Shown here one piece after another: positions 1 through 64,000 of a DNA stretch of 64,000 nt. Origin of the DNA: the human T2T-CHM13v2.0 reference genome, Homo sapiens; NCBI RefSeq assembly GCF_009914755.1, contig NC_060941.1; one strand, given 5' to 3'. The notes below the pieces were generated by a model that worked only from the letters and a program-made list of their open reading frames with translations, did not search any database and was not told the DNA's origin. Each line of letters starts with the position of its first letter. The stretch's first letter is position 1. Made by a program: the position numbers and the translations under genes.

Positions 1-201
1 AAGTGATTCTCCTGCCTCTGCCTCCCAAGTAGCTGGGATTACAGGCATGCCCCACAATGCCTGGCTAATTTTTGTATTTTTAATAGAGATGGGTTTTTGC
101 CACATTGGCCACACTGGTCTCGAACTCCTGACCTGCAGTGATCAGCCTGCCTTGGTCTGCCAAAGTGCTGGGATTACAGGCGTGAGTCACTGCGCTCGGC
201 C
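1..201 (-). mobile_element. Alu (partial at window edge)
   Basis: Antisense Alu consensus ending ...ctcggcc. Confidence 0.93.
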
Positions 202-919
202 TATATTATTATTGTTAAATTACCATTCTTACTGCTATATATGATACTAAGTTCTTATGTATAGAGTATAGGCAGAGGCAGCTTTATGACCAAATTTGTA
301 GTCATTGTTAGACTTGTTTATTCAACTGATTTCAAAACTTATCAGCAGTATTTTTTTTATTTATAGTTTTTGTTTTATCTGTTGATGGTGGTACATTTTT
401 AAGTGATTATTTTTCAGCAAGGATTTGTCAGTGTTAAATTTTCTCTGCCTTACCGACCTGAGAATTCTCTCTTTTGCCCTCCCGTGGAAAGACAACACTG
501 TGTGCAGGATTTTTGTGTCATAACCCCTTGTTCTATTCGTTCTGCCTCTCAAATATAACACGCATTCTCTCTCTCTGTTTCTCCTTCAGTTTTTCAAGCA
601 TTTCGTATTTCAGAGAGGTTCATGACCAAAGCAGCAAACACCATAATTTGTTAAATATTACCCCAGGGTGTCTCTATATGTGGGTTTATATATTTTTATT
701 TGGAAAATGTGTGATTATGTCTAACTATGCTTTTATCCCTCTTTATATTGGTTTCTTCTTGACTCTTAGCTTGAATCTCTGATTTCTCTCCTTTATTTCT
801 CACATGTTATGTCTTATTTTAATATGATTGCCCCTTTCTTCTGAATCTCATTAAACACTGTCTTCCATATATTTCTGGCATTTACTGCAGCTCGTGTGAA
901 TTTTGATTTTATTGTTTAC

Positions 920-1335
<416 letters not shown>

Positions 1336-2139
1336 TGAAATATGACAAGAAGTATTCTAAAATGTTCTTTTGATTTCTATGGGTGATCATTTTCATTGTT
1401 TTCAAGCTGATTTTCTGTATTCCTTGGGCCTATTTTTGTTGTTGTTTTTATTTACTATTGTTATTTTTATTTCCTTTCCTCCATCTTTGAATGAGGAGAC
1501 CCATATGTAGTCTCAGCACTGTGTTGTATTTTTCATTGTTCGGATATGTATACTTGCATGGAGTTGCTCTTATTCCTGTTTTTATTCATCTGGGTGCTGG
1601 TTGAATTGCCATCGAAGATTTATAATGAAATGGTTTGTGGGTGTAAAAAGCTCCTTGCCAAATTCCAGTATCTGTCAGGGTTTTGTACAGAGAAGCTCTG
1701 CTGTACTGAGGAAGAATTGTGGGCGTGCCTTTCTCCATCATCTGACTCTTTAAGATTGAGATGACAGAGTATGAGAAAAACTTGAATCCTAACTTGGTAC
1801 TGCTTTAGGAGTTTCAAAAAAATGTTTGCTTATGTTTTCTAATAAGCAATATGTTTCCTTCACTCACTACTGTCCCTTCTACTCCGTCGTCTTCAGACTG
1901 TTGCAGTCTTTATTTGTATGTAGAGCAGTACTAAAGGAGTAGATAAATAAAAAAGGAAGACACAGAGGGCAGCTGCCTTGTTTTTAGGTTGATTAGAACT
2001 TGTGCTTCTAGAAGATCTAGAGGATCGACAGTGAGGGAAAGACTACATGTCTTGTATATTCTTTCAGACGTCATTCATTGAATTTTGCCATTTTAATAAG
2101 ATGTTGGGTATGGCTGCATTGGGAGCTACTAGCCAGCTG

Positions 2140-2450
2140 CTTTTTTTTTTTCTTTTTTTTAATTAAAAAAAAAGGACACAGTGTCTTGCTCTGTCTCCCA
2201 GGCTGGAGTGCTGTGGTGCAATCACAGCTCACTGCAGCCTCGACCTCCCAGGCTCAAGCAATCCTCAGCCTCCCGAACAGCTGGCATCAGAGGCGCATGC
2301 CACCACACATGGCTAATTTTCAAAATTTTATAGAGACTAAGGTTTTGCCATGTTGCCGAGGCTGGTCTTGAACTCCTGGGCTTAATTGATGCTCCTGCCT
2401 CGGCCTCCCAGAGTGCTGGGATTATAGGCATGAGCCACGCTCACCAGCCG
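2140..2450 (-). mobile_element. AluJ-like
   Basis: Full dimer with T-tail; gccagctg flanks on both sides. Confidence 0.9.
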
Positions 2451-3349
2451 CCAGCTGTTACTTTAAATATGAACTCCTCGAAGACATTAGTGTCAGAAGC
2501 CACAAAAACTTAGAATTATTAAAATTTTAAATAACTGCCAAGAGGTTGATGGATTTCATACATTTGATTATAGATTTCAAGGGAACACTCACCTTATGAG
2601 TAGACTGGGTTTTCCATATACATTAAATGATCTTTGCTTCGTAGATTCTTTACTATGAATTTGGTAATCACACTTACCCAAATGTAGTTACACTCTGTCT
2701 TTGATAATATGGTTCTGTACAAAAACTAACAGGAAGAAATTATGCTGATGGGGAGAGGAGAAACATTTGGAGACAGAAGCTGTTTCTCATGGGTTACTTT
2801 AAAAATGATGCTATATTATACAAAAGAAAAAATGATAAAAATTTTTAATGAAGCTACAAGGTCTCAAAAATTGAGTATCGTGTGATATCTTCTGTTTGTG
2901 CCTTTTAGTATTTTAGGAACACATAACAGGTTTTTCTTTTTCATAATTTAAGTGAGTTTTTATGAGGTAACATTATTTGCTAGAAGAGCTGAGATCTTTT
3001 TTTTAACACAAAAGGAATAAATTCAGGACTTGCAAGTCAAATTCGTCCTTGGGTTAGTGGTTCTTTCCTTCTCTGTTATTGCAGGAGGCTTTAAGTTTTT
3101 AGTCCACACTGTAGGCTTCTGACCACAGCTAAATTAGCTGTATATTTACATTCTGGCATTCTTGAACCAGGACGTTGTTTGTTTGTTCTGTCTTTTGTGG
3201 GCATGGGCGTGCCTGGCTTCTCTGGTGAGGAACATTTATGCAAATTTATCTTTCTTAAATGCGACTAGAAAAAGAACAAAGCAAACAAAATTCAGTAATT
3301 TTTTTGTATGTGCTTAATCACTCTTTGTATTTTAAACATTCATTGTAGT

Positions 3350-3663
3350 TTATTTTTTTTTTATTTTTTATTTTTTTTTTTGAGATGAAGTCTTACTCTG
3401 TCACCTAGGCTGGAGTGCAGTGGCGTGATCTTGGCTCACTGCAGTCTTCACCTTTGAGTTCAAGCGATTCTCCCGCCTCAGCCTCCCGAGTAGCTGGAAT
3501 TACAGGCTCCCGCAACCATGTGTGGCTAATTTTTTTATATTTAGTAGAGATGGGGTTTGACCACGCAGGCCAGGCTGGTCTTGAACTCCTGACCTCAAGT
3601 CATCTGCCTGCCTCGGCCTCCCAAAGTGCTAGGATTGCACGCATGAGCCACGATTCCCAGCTT
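3350..3663 (-). mobile_element. AluS-like
   Basis: Full antisense dimer. Confidence 0.92.
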
Positions 3664-3976
3664 TAACATTTTTTTAATTATTATTTTGTGATAGCTTAGG
3701 TGTTTGTGATTACAAGAGTAGCTGTAACTGGTTATTGGCAGGAGCAAAATATGATCAGTAGAAAAACATGCCCAAATTAGTAATTCAATTTATCATTTAC
3801 AAATAGATGATATGTTATGAGAGAATAAAGGAATGAATTATTTACTTTTTCTAAGACATAGTTACTTCTTACCTGTTTGAACTTTAATTTTGCTTTTGAT
3901 AAAACAACATATAGAAATGATTTTTTTTTCTCTCCCTAGAAACTGCTTTTCCATTAATCTTCTTCCTTGGAGCTAA

Positions 3977-56509
<52,533 letters not shown>

Positions 56510-56936
56510 GACTGACTCCAAGGCCACAAACTGTTCAACACACACAAAGTGGACAAATGGCGTTCAGCAGCGGGTTTGGAACATAGCGAATCCGAATGGA
56601 TCTGATGAAACCTGTACCAGGTGCTTTTATTTTCTTGCTTTTTTCCCATCCATAGAGCATGACAGCATCGATTCTCATTGAGGAGAAACCTTGGGCAGCT
56701 CCGGCCAGGCCTTGTAGGAAAAGGCCCCGCCCGAGGTTCCAGCGTCAACGGCCACTGTGTGTGGCTGCTCTGAGTGAGGAAAAAATTAAAAAGAAAAACT
56801 GGTTCCATGTACTGTGAACTTGAAAACTTGCAGACTCAGGGGGGTCCCTGATGCAGTGCTTCAGATGAAGAATGTGGACTTGAAAATACAGACTGGGCTA
56901 GTCCAGTGTCTATATTTAAACTTGTTCTTTTCTTTT

Positions 56937-56942
56937 AATAAA
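56937..56942 (+). terminator. Poly(A) signal, proximal
   Basis: AATAAA preceded by a U-rich tract. Confidence 0.6.
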
Positions 56943-57410
56943 GTTTAGGTAACATCTCCTGAAAAGCTTGTAGCACAAAGGCTCAGCTGGGGATGGTGTT
57001 TGACTTCGGAGGAAAAAAGTTGCTATTGCCCGTTAAAGGCACTAGAGTTAGTGTTTTATCCCTAAATAATTTCAATTTTTAAAAACATGCAGCTTCCCTC
57101 TCCCCTTTTTTATTTTTGAAAGAATACATTTGGTCATAAAGTGAAACCCGTATTAGCAAGTACGTGGCAATGTTCATTCCAATCAGATGCAGCTTTCTCC
57201 TCCGTCTGGTCTCCTGTTTGCAATTGCTTCCCTCATCTCAGTAGGGAAAAAATTGAGTGGGAGTACTGAGATGTGTGGGTTTTTGCCATTGGACAAAGAA
57301 TGAGGTTAGAAGACTGCAGCTTGGAGTCTCTCTAGGTTTTCAACTATTTCTTCACAATTTGAACACTTGACGGTTGTCCCTTTTAATTTATTTGAAGTGC
57401 TATTTTTTTA

Positions 57411-57416
57411 AATAAA
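57411..57416 (+). terminator. Poly(A) signal
   Basis: AATAAA with a U-rich upstream element; candidate cleavage sites within about 20 nt downstream. Confidence 0.75.
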
Positions 57417-57787
57417 GGTTCATCTGTCCATGCAGTCCTCTTGGATTCTCTGAATGTAGTAACTATGAAGCTATGCCAAAGGTAGGCAGAAAATGGGCTT
57501 GGGAGCCAGACACTCCAGGGATCAGTAGTTCCTACCCATAGTCTTTGTGTGCTTGCTAAATGGTGTACATTTCTTGTTAACCACGTTATTAAAACTTGAT
57601 CAGCACATAAGCTTTCTTCTGTTAGATCTTTTGGCAGCAAACAACCTTCCCCCCAAACCTCTGAATTTTGTGGGTGTGTGGTGGTGTGTGTCTGTGTGTG
57701 CATGTACACACACACTTTGTCTAGCTCACTTTAAAAGATTCATCAAATGGAATTTTAAAAATAATCTGAAAAGAAATAGATATTTCA

Positions 57788-58141
<354 letters not shown>

Positions 58142-59340
58142 TTAATTTGGTTGTTTCTGAGATGTATGATCAACTGAAGATGGAGCTGAAATGGGAGACG
58201 GGTGGCCCCACCGTGCCCTTGAAACAGCAGAGCACTCCTCAGTAGAGAGGGAGGGAGCCAAGAGCCTGAACATGTGGTCGCCAGCTTGGAATGTTACTGA
58301 CATATGTGGCGAGGGCTTAGCCAGAAATATTTAAAGATGTAGTATTCCGGCCTGTGAGTTGTCTGGGCAGGGAGGGGGAGTCAGAAAGGGTAGAGAGCTC
58401 TCAAATAACTCATGACTCTAGTGTTCCTTTCACATGTGAACAGTGTCACTGATGACACATTTTCTAGGACCTTCGTTTGTTTTGTGGACCTGCCTCAGTC
58501 TCCTCAGTATCAGGCGATCTTAAGGGAAGATGGAGTGTTTCAAATTGGAGAGAAGTTCATGGGTAGGTATCGTCCTGTGGAATTCTGAATGCAAGGAAGT
58601 CAACCCCAGAGGCCTTGGTACCCCCAGCTTTCTAAAACTACTTTATTACAATTTATATGTATATACACATGCACATATAAACGTGTGCATTTATGTATGT
58701 GTGTATAGTACCTTTTTTAAAAAAACATTTCCTCCAAGCTGCTAAGCAAAGGGTCTCACAGGTCGAGCACAGTGCTGAGAGGATGGTGTCTGCATAATGA
58801 AGACATGGATGAAGCTGAGACCGTGTTCAAACTCACTGAAAACAATGAAGTTCTATTCCTTTTTTCTTCCTCTCCAATGATCTTGCAGTTGATTTGTTTG
58901 TTTTTTAATTTTTTAACATTTTTTTAACGTTGAAAAAATGCTGCGTCTTTCTTTAAGCCTTCCCAGTAACTTCCTGCCTTTTTTTTCCCCGTGGGCTTTT
59001 AAGTGAAGCTGCAGGATTTTATCTTTCAATCTGCCCTTTCTACCCTTGTCCTATTGAAAGGATGCCCTCTTCCCTTGCTTTTTTGGTCTAGGGCCTGTTT
59101 GGAGCTAACTAGGCTTGGCTGAGTCCGGGCAAGACCTTCTTCCGAGGCATGGACAAGCCCCAGAGAACATGCAGAACATTGACCTTTCCATTGACTGTCT
59201 TTCAAGCAGCCAGTGAAATCACTAAGTGGGGTTCTTCCATGACATATTTTGTTAATATGGGTTTCACTTTTTCCAAGAATAGTCCCTTGTTGCCACAATG
59301 TTGATTTACTTTACACAATGACAGTATGTATTAATTTGTA

Positions 59341-59406
59341 ATTAAACCCATCCAGATTGTTTTAGCCTTTTCCCAATGGGGTGGGGGAGGGAAGAAGGAT
59401 ATTAAA
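59341..59406 (+). terminator. Candidate distal poly(A) signals (ATTAAA at 59341 and 59401) for a long 3' UTR
   Basis: Two variant hexamers preceded by TGTA motifs, near the transition to GC-richer intergenic sequence. Confidence 0.5.
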
Positions 59407-60234
59407 ATAAGTTTTAAGAAGCAAATTTCCCAGCCTCTTGATTTGACTCTAGTTCTCCAGCTTCACACAGGGACCTGACCACCTAGGGTGCAGATTGGGA
59501 GAATCCTGGCAACAGGCTGAGTCTCAGGGCATTGCAGGCATGGGAATGTGTTGATTCATGCAACACCTTTGGTACCTTCAAGTGTGCCAGGAATGATGCT
59601 TGTTGGTGGGAATACAGCAGTGAACAGGACAGGGAACGCCTGGCAATCTAGGAGTCAGCAGTCCGAGAGTAAGGGCCCAGGAGGGAAGGAACTGGGCTCG
59701 TGCAGTGTGAGATGGGCAGCTTTAGATGGAGACTCACCAGGAAGAGCTGTATGTCCCCACTTCTGTGGCAGACCTGTACATGTCAGCTATCTAAAAAAGG
59801 GTTCTATTTCCCTCCTTCCATCATTCTCATTGCCGAAGCTATCTGCCTCATTTCTTAAGGCAGAATCACAGAAGGGTTAAGAGCCTAGACTTTAGGTTTG
59901 GGTTTAGACCCCACCTCTGCAAGCTTCAGAAATATCTCCTTGCACTGTGGGAGTAAGGAGTAGAGATAAGATATGTAAAGTGCCTGGCTTGCTCATAAGA
60001 GGGGAATCAAAAAATGTGGTTTAAAAAAAGATCACAAGATCTAGTAGTGGAACCCCAAGTTCACTAGTGTGAGGTTCAGAGCCTTCTACTCACCACATAC
60101 CACATGCAGACCTTTGAAGAGACTGCCCCTTTGGCTTGAGGTTCAGTATCAACCTCTATCTTACAAGGCCAGCAATCTCCTCTTCCCCTGGCTCCAAAAC
60201 TGCTTTTGGCTGAACCTGGGAGAAGCATCTCTAT

Positions 60235-60402
60235 GGACAAAGGTGTCCAGCAGCGTCAGCATCACCCGGGAGCTTATAGAAATGCATACTCTCAGGTCCC
60301 ACCCATTCCTACTGCGTCCGAAAGAGAAGGGGGGGGTGCCTAACAGGCTGTTTCATCCTCCAGGTGTTGCTGATGCAGGCTCCAGTTTGAGAACGCCACT
60401 GT
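60235..60402. mobile_element. MER5A (hAT-Charlie)
   Basis: cagcagcgtcagcatcacccgggagctt..agaaatgca..ctctcagg...agtttgagaac..cactg. Confidence 0.75.
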
Positions 60403-60624
60403 AGGCTACCTGACTCCCAGGCGGGATGAACACTGAAGGGTACCAGTCCTGCCACCCTTCCTGCCAGCCAACTACTGCAATAAGGGTGGGGTCATTAGAG
60501 AGGGTGGCTATGAGGCCTCTTCTGAACTCACCCACTTGGAAGACAGGACTATTATTTTCTACACTAGGAAAAAACTCCAACGCTGTCGGCTGTCCGACAG
60601 CGTATGATGTCATACATAGTTGCC

Positions 60625-60928
60625 TTTTTTTTTTTTTTTTTTTTTTTTGAGATGGAGTCTTGCTCTGTCGCCCAGGCTGGAGTGCAGTGGCGCGATCTCG
60701 GCTCACTGCAAGCTCCGCCTCCCGGGTCACGCCATTCTCCTGCCTCAGCCTCCAGAGTAGCTGGGACTACAGGCGCCCGCTACCACGCCCAGCTAATTTT
60801 TTGTATTTTTAGTAGAGACGGGGTTTCACCGTGTTAGCCAGGATGGTCTCGATCTCCTGACCTCGTGATCCGCCCGCCTCAGCCTCCCAAAGTGCTGGGA
60901 TTACAGGCGTGAGCCACCGCGCCCGGCC
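60625..60928 (-). mobile_element. Young AluY, TSD acatagttgcc(ttt)
   Basis: CpG-rich, near-consensus, pure T-tail, perfect TSD. Confidence 0.95.
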
Positions 60929-61789
60929 ACATAGTTGCCTTTATGGGGAGCACCTGGAGGGCCCCTACAACATATCCCTTGCACAAGTACCTAACAATAC
61001 ACTGAAGAAACATTCACTCGTTCGGGCAAAGCTTCTCACCCTTGGCCTTCTCTTAAAATATAAAACAACTATTTATAACATTTTCCTTTCACCTGAGGGG
61101 TCCAGGGCTGCAGAAGGAGCTGGCTAAGACCTGGGTCTGCTTATGAGTCCACCCTGGCCCACTGGATGAGGGAGGGGTGAGGAGGGCCAGGGCTGGATTG
61201 CAGCTCTTTGGAAAGCTGGGAGAGAAGAGGTCCCAGGAAGAGGAGGAGGGTTAAAGCGGTGGGGAGTGGCTAGAGACTCAGGTTGCTGTTGAGTTCTGTG
61301 GTTGGGTAGGGGGAACCTGCCAGAGGCTGGAAAAACAGGCAGGCCTGGGAGCAGGTCTGGGACCTGGTGGGGGCAGGGAATACAAGAGGGCTATTGTGCT
61401 GGGGGAGCCCAGCAGGGGTGTGAGACAGGCTGGAGTCAGCAAAGGGGTGTGTGTGTACATGTGTGAGGCGCTGGGCAGAAGACCCCGTGGTGAGGGGGTC
61501 AGAGAGCAGCTGGCTGGCTGACTGACTGACTCCTGGGTGTGGAGGGAAGTGCCCAGCTAGAGAGCTGTGCTGTCCTCAGCCTTGCAAGCAGCCTGCAGCT
61601 GTGGTGGCTTCCCCATGTGTCATCCAAGGCTTTTCACCCTGAAAGCTGCTTGGAGAGGGAGCAGAGGTCGATAGCAGAGAGAAGGGGCTCTAGCACTTGT
61701 GCTTTGCAAAGAAGTTTCGCGGCTGTGTTGCTTCACAACCTAGCCATATGCAAGGTAGGGGCAACTTGATGGGTTTTTTCCTTCTTTTC

Positions 61790-61932
61790 CATTTTTTTTT
61801 TTTGTTGTTGTTGTGGAGGCAGGCTCTTGTTATGTTGCCCAGGCTGGTGTTGAACTCCTGGACTCAAGTGATCCTTCCACCTCAGCCTTCTGAATTGCTG
61901 GGATTACAGGCATTGTGGCACTACGCCCAGCC
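61790..61932 (-). mobile_element. FLAM_C/Alu left monomer within a MIR remnant
   Basis: tatgttgcccaggctggtgttgaactcctggactcaag...acgcccagcc. Confidence 0.8.
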
Positions 61933-64000
61933 ACTCTCTGATTTTACATGTGGAAACTTAGGCCTAGAGAGGTTTGGTATGAGCAGTGGGTGGAGCAGGA
62001 GTGACTGGGGAGGAAGGGCCTACAGGCTTGAACATTGGGTGAGCTGGATTCTATGAGTGCCATCTTTTGGGCAGAGGCTGCTGTGGGTAAGGGCTGCACT
62101 TCGGCTCCCCTCCGCCAGACTCCCTTCACTTTGTCCCTCCCCTGCCTCATGGCTTATGGCCCTCAGAAGAAATATACTTGGAGACTCAGCCAGTGTGGGC
62201 AGCAGACTGGCTCTGCAGTCCTGGGCTGGAAGTGAACTTAGATGGGAAAATGGAGGCGTGGCTTTGCAGAATGTCAGTGCTGCCTATTCCCTAAGCCCTC
62301 TCTGCTCCTGTCATGCTCATAGATTAGGAAGCCATAAGCCTGTCCTGCCCCTAGAAACTGCATCTTCCTGCTCCGGAGTGTCCTAATTGGGTAAGTGAGA
62401 ATGGGACCCTCTGCCTTGGCTTCCTTAAGGTTGCTGTAAGGCATAAAGGGGTTGTGGGATAAAACAGAGGGTGAGGCTGGTGGCCACTTCCATGTCACAG
62501 TGGCCCCAGGAGAGATGTCCAGAGGACATAGATGTCCCCCAGTGGGGGTCTTGGCTTGTCATAGTGTCAGACGTGAGCCCTTTAGCCTGGCTCACATGCC
62601 CTAAGAGCAGGGCTTGCCTCTGGGCAGCACATCCAGGAAGGCCTTGCTCCTTTGCATCTGCAACCCTCTCAACCCTCCCCACAACCTTCACACCAATACC
62701 CCTCCTCCGGCATTCTCTGCCACGTCAGCTGGACAAAAGTGCCCAGCTTTGGCATCGTAGAACAAGGTCATAGTACAGCCCTGAGTGAGGACTGCGCTCA
62801 CGCCACAACTCCACAACTTGCTGTGTGACCTTGAGCCAAGCACTCCCACTCTGAGCTACAACTGCCGCATCTATGAACTTCATGCATCCACTCAGACACA
62901 CCTGTTGGGCCGTTCTGTTAATGCACTGGGCCAGGATTTGTGGGTGATAAAAAGGCCCCTCAGCTTGGCTCCTGCCTTAAGGAAGCTTACAGCTGAGAAG
63001 CTGAGTGGGAGCTGGGAGGTGGGGAGTTGCGTAAGAGCGAGATGAGACCCTGGGGATGGAGAGAGGGCACGGAGCTGGGCCTTGAGAGAGGAGCAGAGTT
63101 CACTAGGCTGAGGAGGGGAACATAGCAGCAAAGGGTCTTAGAAGCTTCACAAACAATGTGTGTCACTGCAGGGCCCCTATGATCTCACACATCCTGGCCT
63201 CTGCCAGTGCCGTTCCATCGCTTTGGCCGCCTGAGCATCTTGGAGAACTCAGCTTAGGCGTCACCTCCAGCCTTCCTCTGGGCTCTCACAGCGCCTTGTG
63301 CATCTCTCCCTTGCTCCAAACACCGTATCGTGTTGTTGCAGCATGAGCTGCCCCTCGGGAAGCCTGGGACCAGCTGAACGCCAGTGCCTCTGAAGGGGAC
63401 GTAGAGCCAGACAGGTGGGGTGAGGCAACTTAGGTGTGAGACCCAAGAGGAGCTCTGGGCAGTGTGTCAGATGCAGTTCCTCAGTCAGGTGAGCAGACTA
63501 ACATCTTAACATCTCAACCAGAACATATCCCCCAGCACAGGGCTTAACTCATGTGCAGTGCACTGTGACATTTAGTGTTTTACTGCACTTTGAAAATGCT
63601 GGTCACCACCCACTAAACAGCTGGAAAACATTGCAGTGCTTCCCAGGTGCCCCTGTCTCCTACTTGCTGCTCCGCTGAGGGAGGTGGGGCCAGCCTCCTG
63701 GGACAGGGTGGAGGTGGTGGGCCAGCTGGATGAAGCCTCCTGGCTCCTGTTCTGGTCCAGGCTCTATTCCGCCAGAGGCCTGGGCGGGAAGGGATGGATC
63801 GGGGAGGCTCTGCATCTGCAAAGCCTGGCCTTCCGCTGGGCCAGGATCAGTGAGAGCCATAGAAGGCTGTTGGCAGGGACTGGGCCTTGCTTAGAAGGCT
63901 CAAGTACTGAGACTAGAGGAAACCTCACCCTGCCTGTCCTTCCTGAGTTGGGGAGACAGAGGGAAAGGTCGTGGAGCATCTCGGGTGACATCATGAAGAT

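Larger units (their letters stand above)
56510..57435 (+). other. TLK2: TLK2 proximal 3' UTR
   Basis: Repeat-free sequence after TGA, containing AATAAA at 56937 and 57411; the end position is estimated. Confidence 0.8.

Overview
Primate (most likely human) genomic DNA holding the 3' two-thirds of TLK2 (Tousled-like kinase 2) on the + strand. Thirteen coding exons (4001-56509; 1533 nt = 510 aa + TGA) join in frame through GT-AG sites. They encode the coiled-coil region, a complete non-RD Ser/Thr kinase domain and the Ser-rich tail. A 66-nt in-frame cassette exon (18329-18394) lies inside an antisense L2 remnant. The 3' UTR has several poly(A) signals and is followed by about 4.5 kb of more GC-rich intergenic DNA. 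The introns hold roughly 50 Alu copies or fragments plus L1, L2, MIR, MaLR/ERVL LTRs and DNA-transposon fossils. Almost all ORFs in the supplied track are Alu or repeat artefacts. I found no evidence of a wholly new biological system. The most notable items are: a sense-strand SAP18 processed pseudogene carrying its own AATAAA inside a kinase-domain intron; the L2-derived exon with an adjacent stop and AATAAA; a perfect 6x29-bp AT-rich minisatellite bracketed by three perfect hairpins; a three-level Tigger3/MER1A/MER6/Alu nest; an L1 inserted into an Alu without a target-site duplication (TSD); an unexplained ~92-bp direct repeat; inverted-Alu geometry predicting a 248-nt circRNA; and a recursive-splice-type junction at the DFG exon. 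Exon boundaries were read base by base. Repeat boundaries are approximate (about +/-10 nt) and repeat family names come from remembered consensus sequences, not a search.
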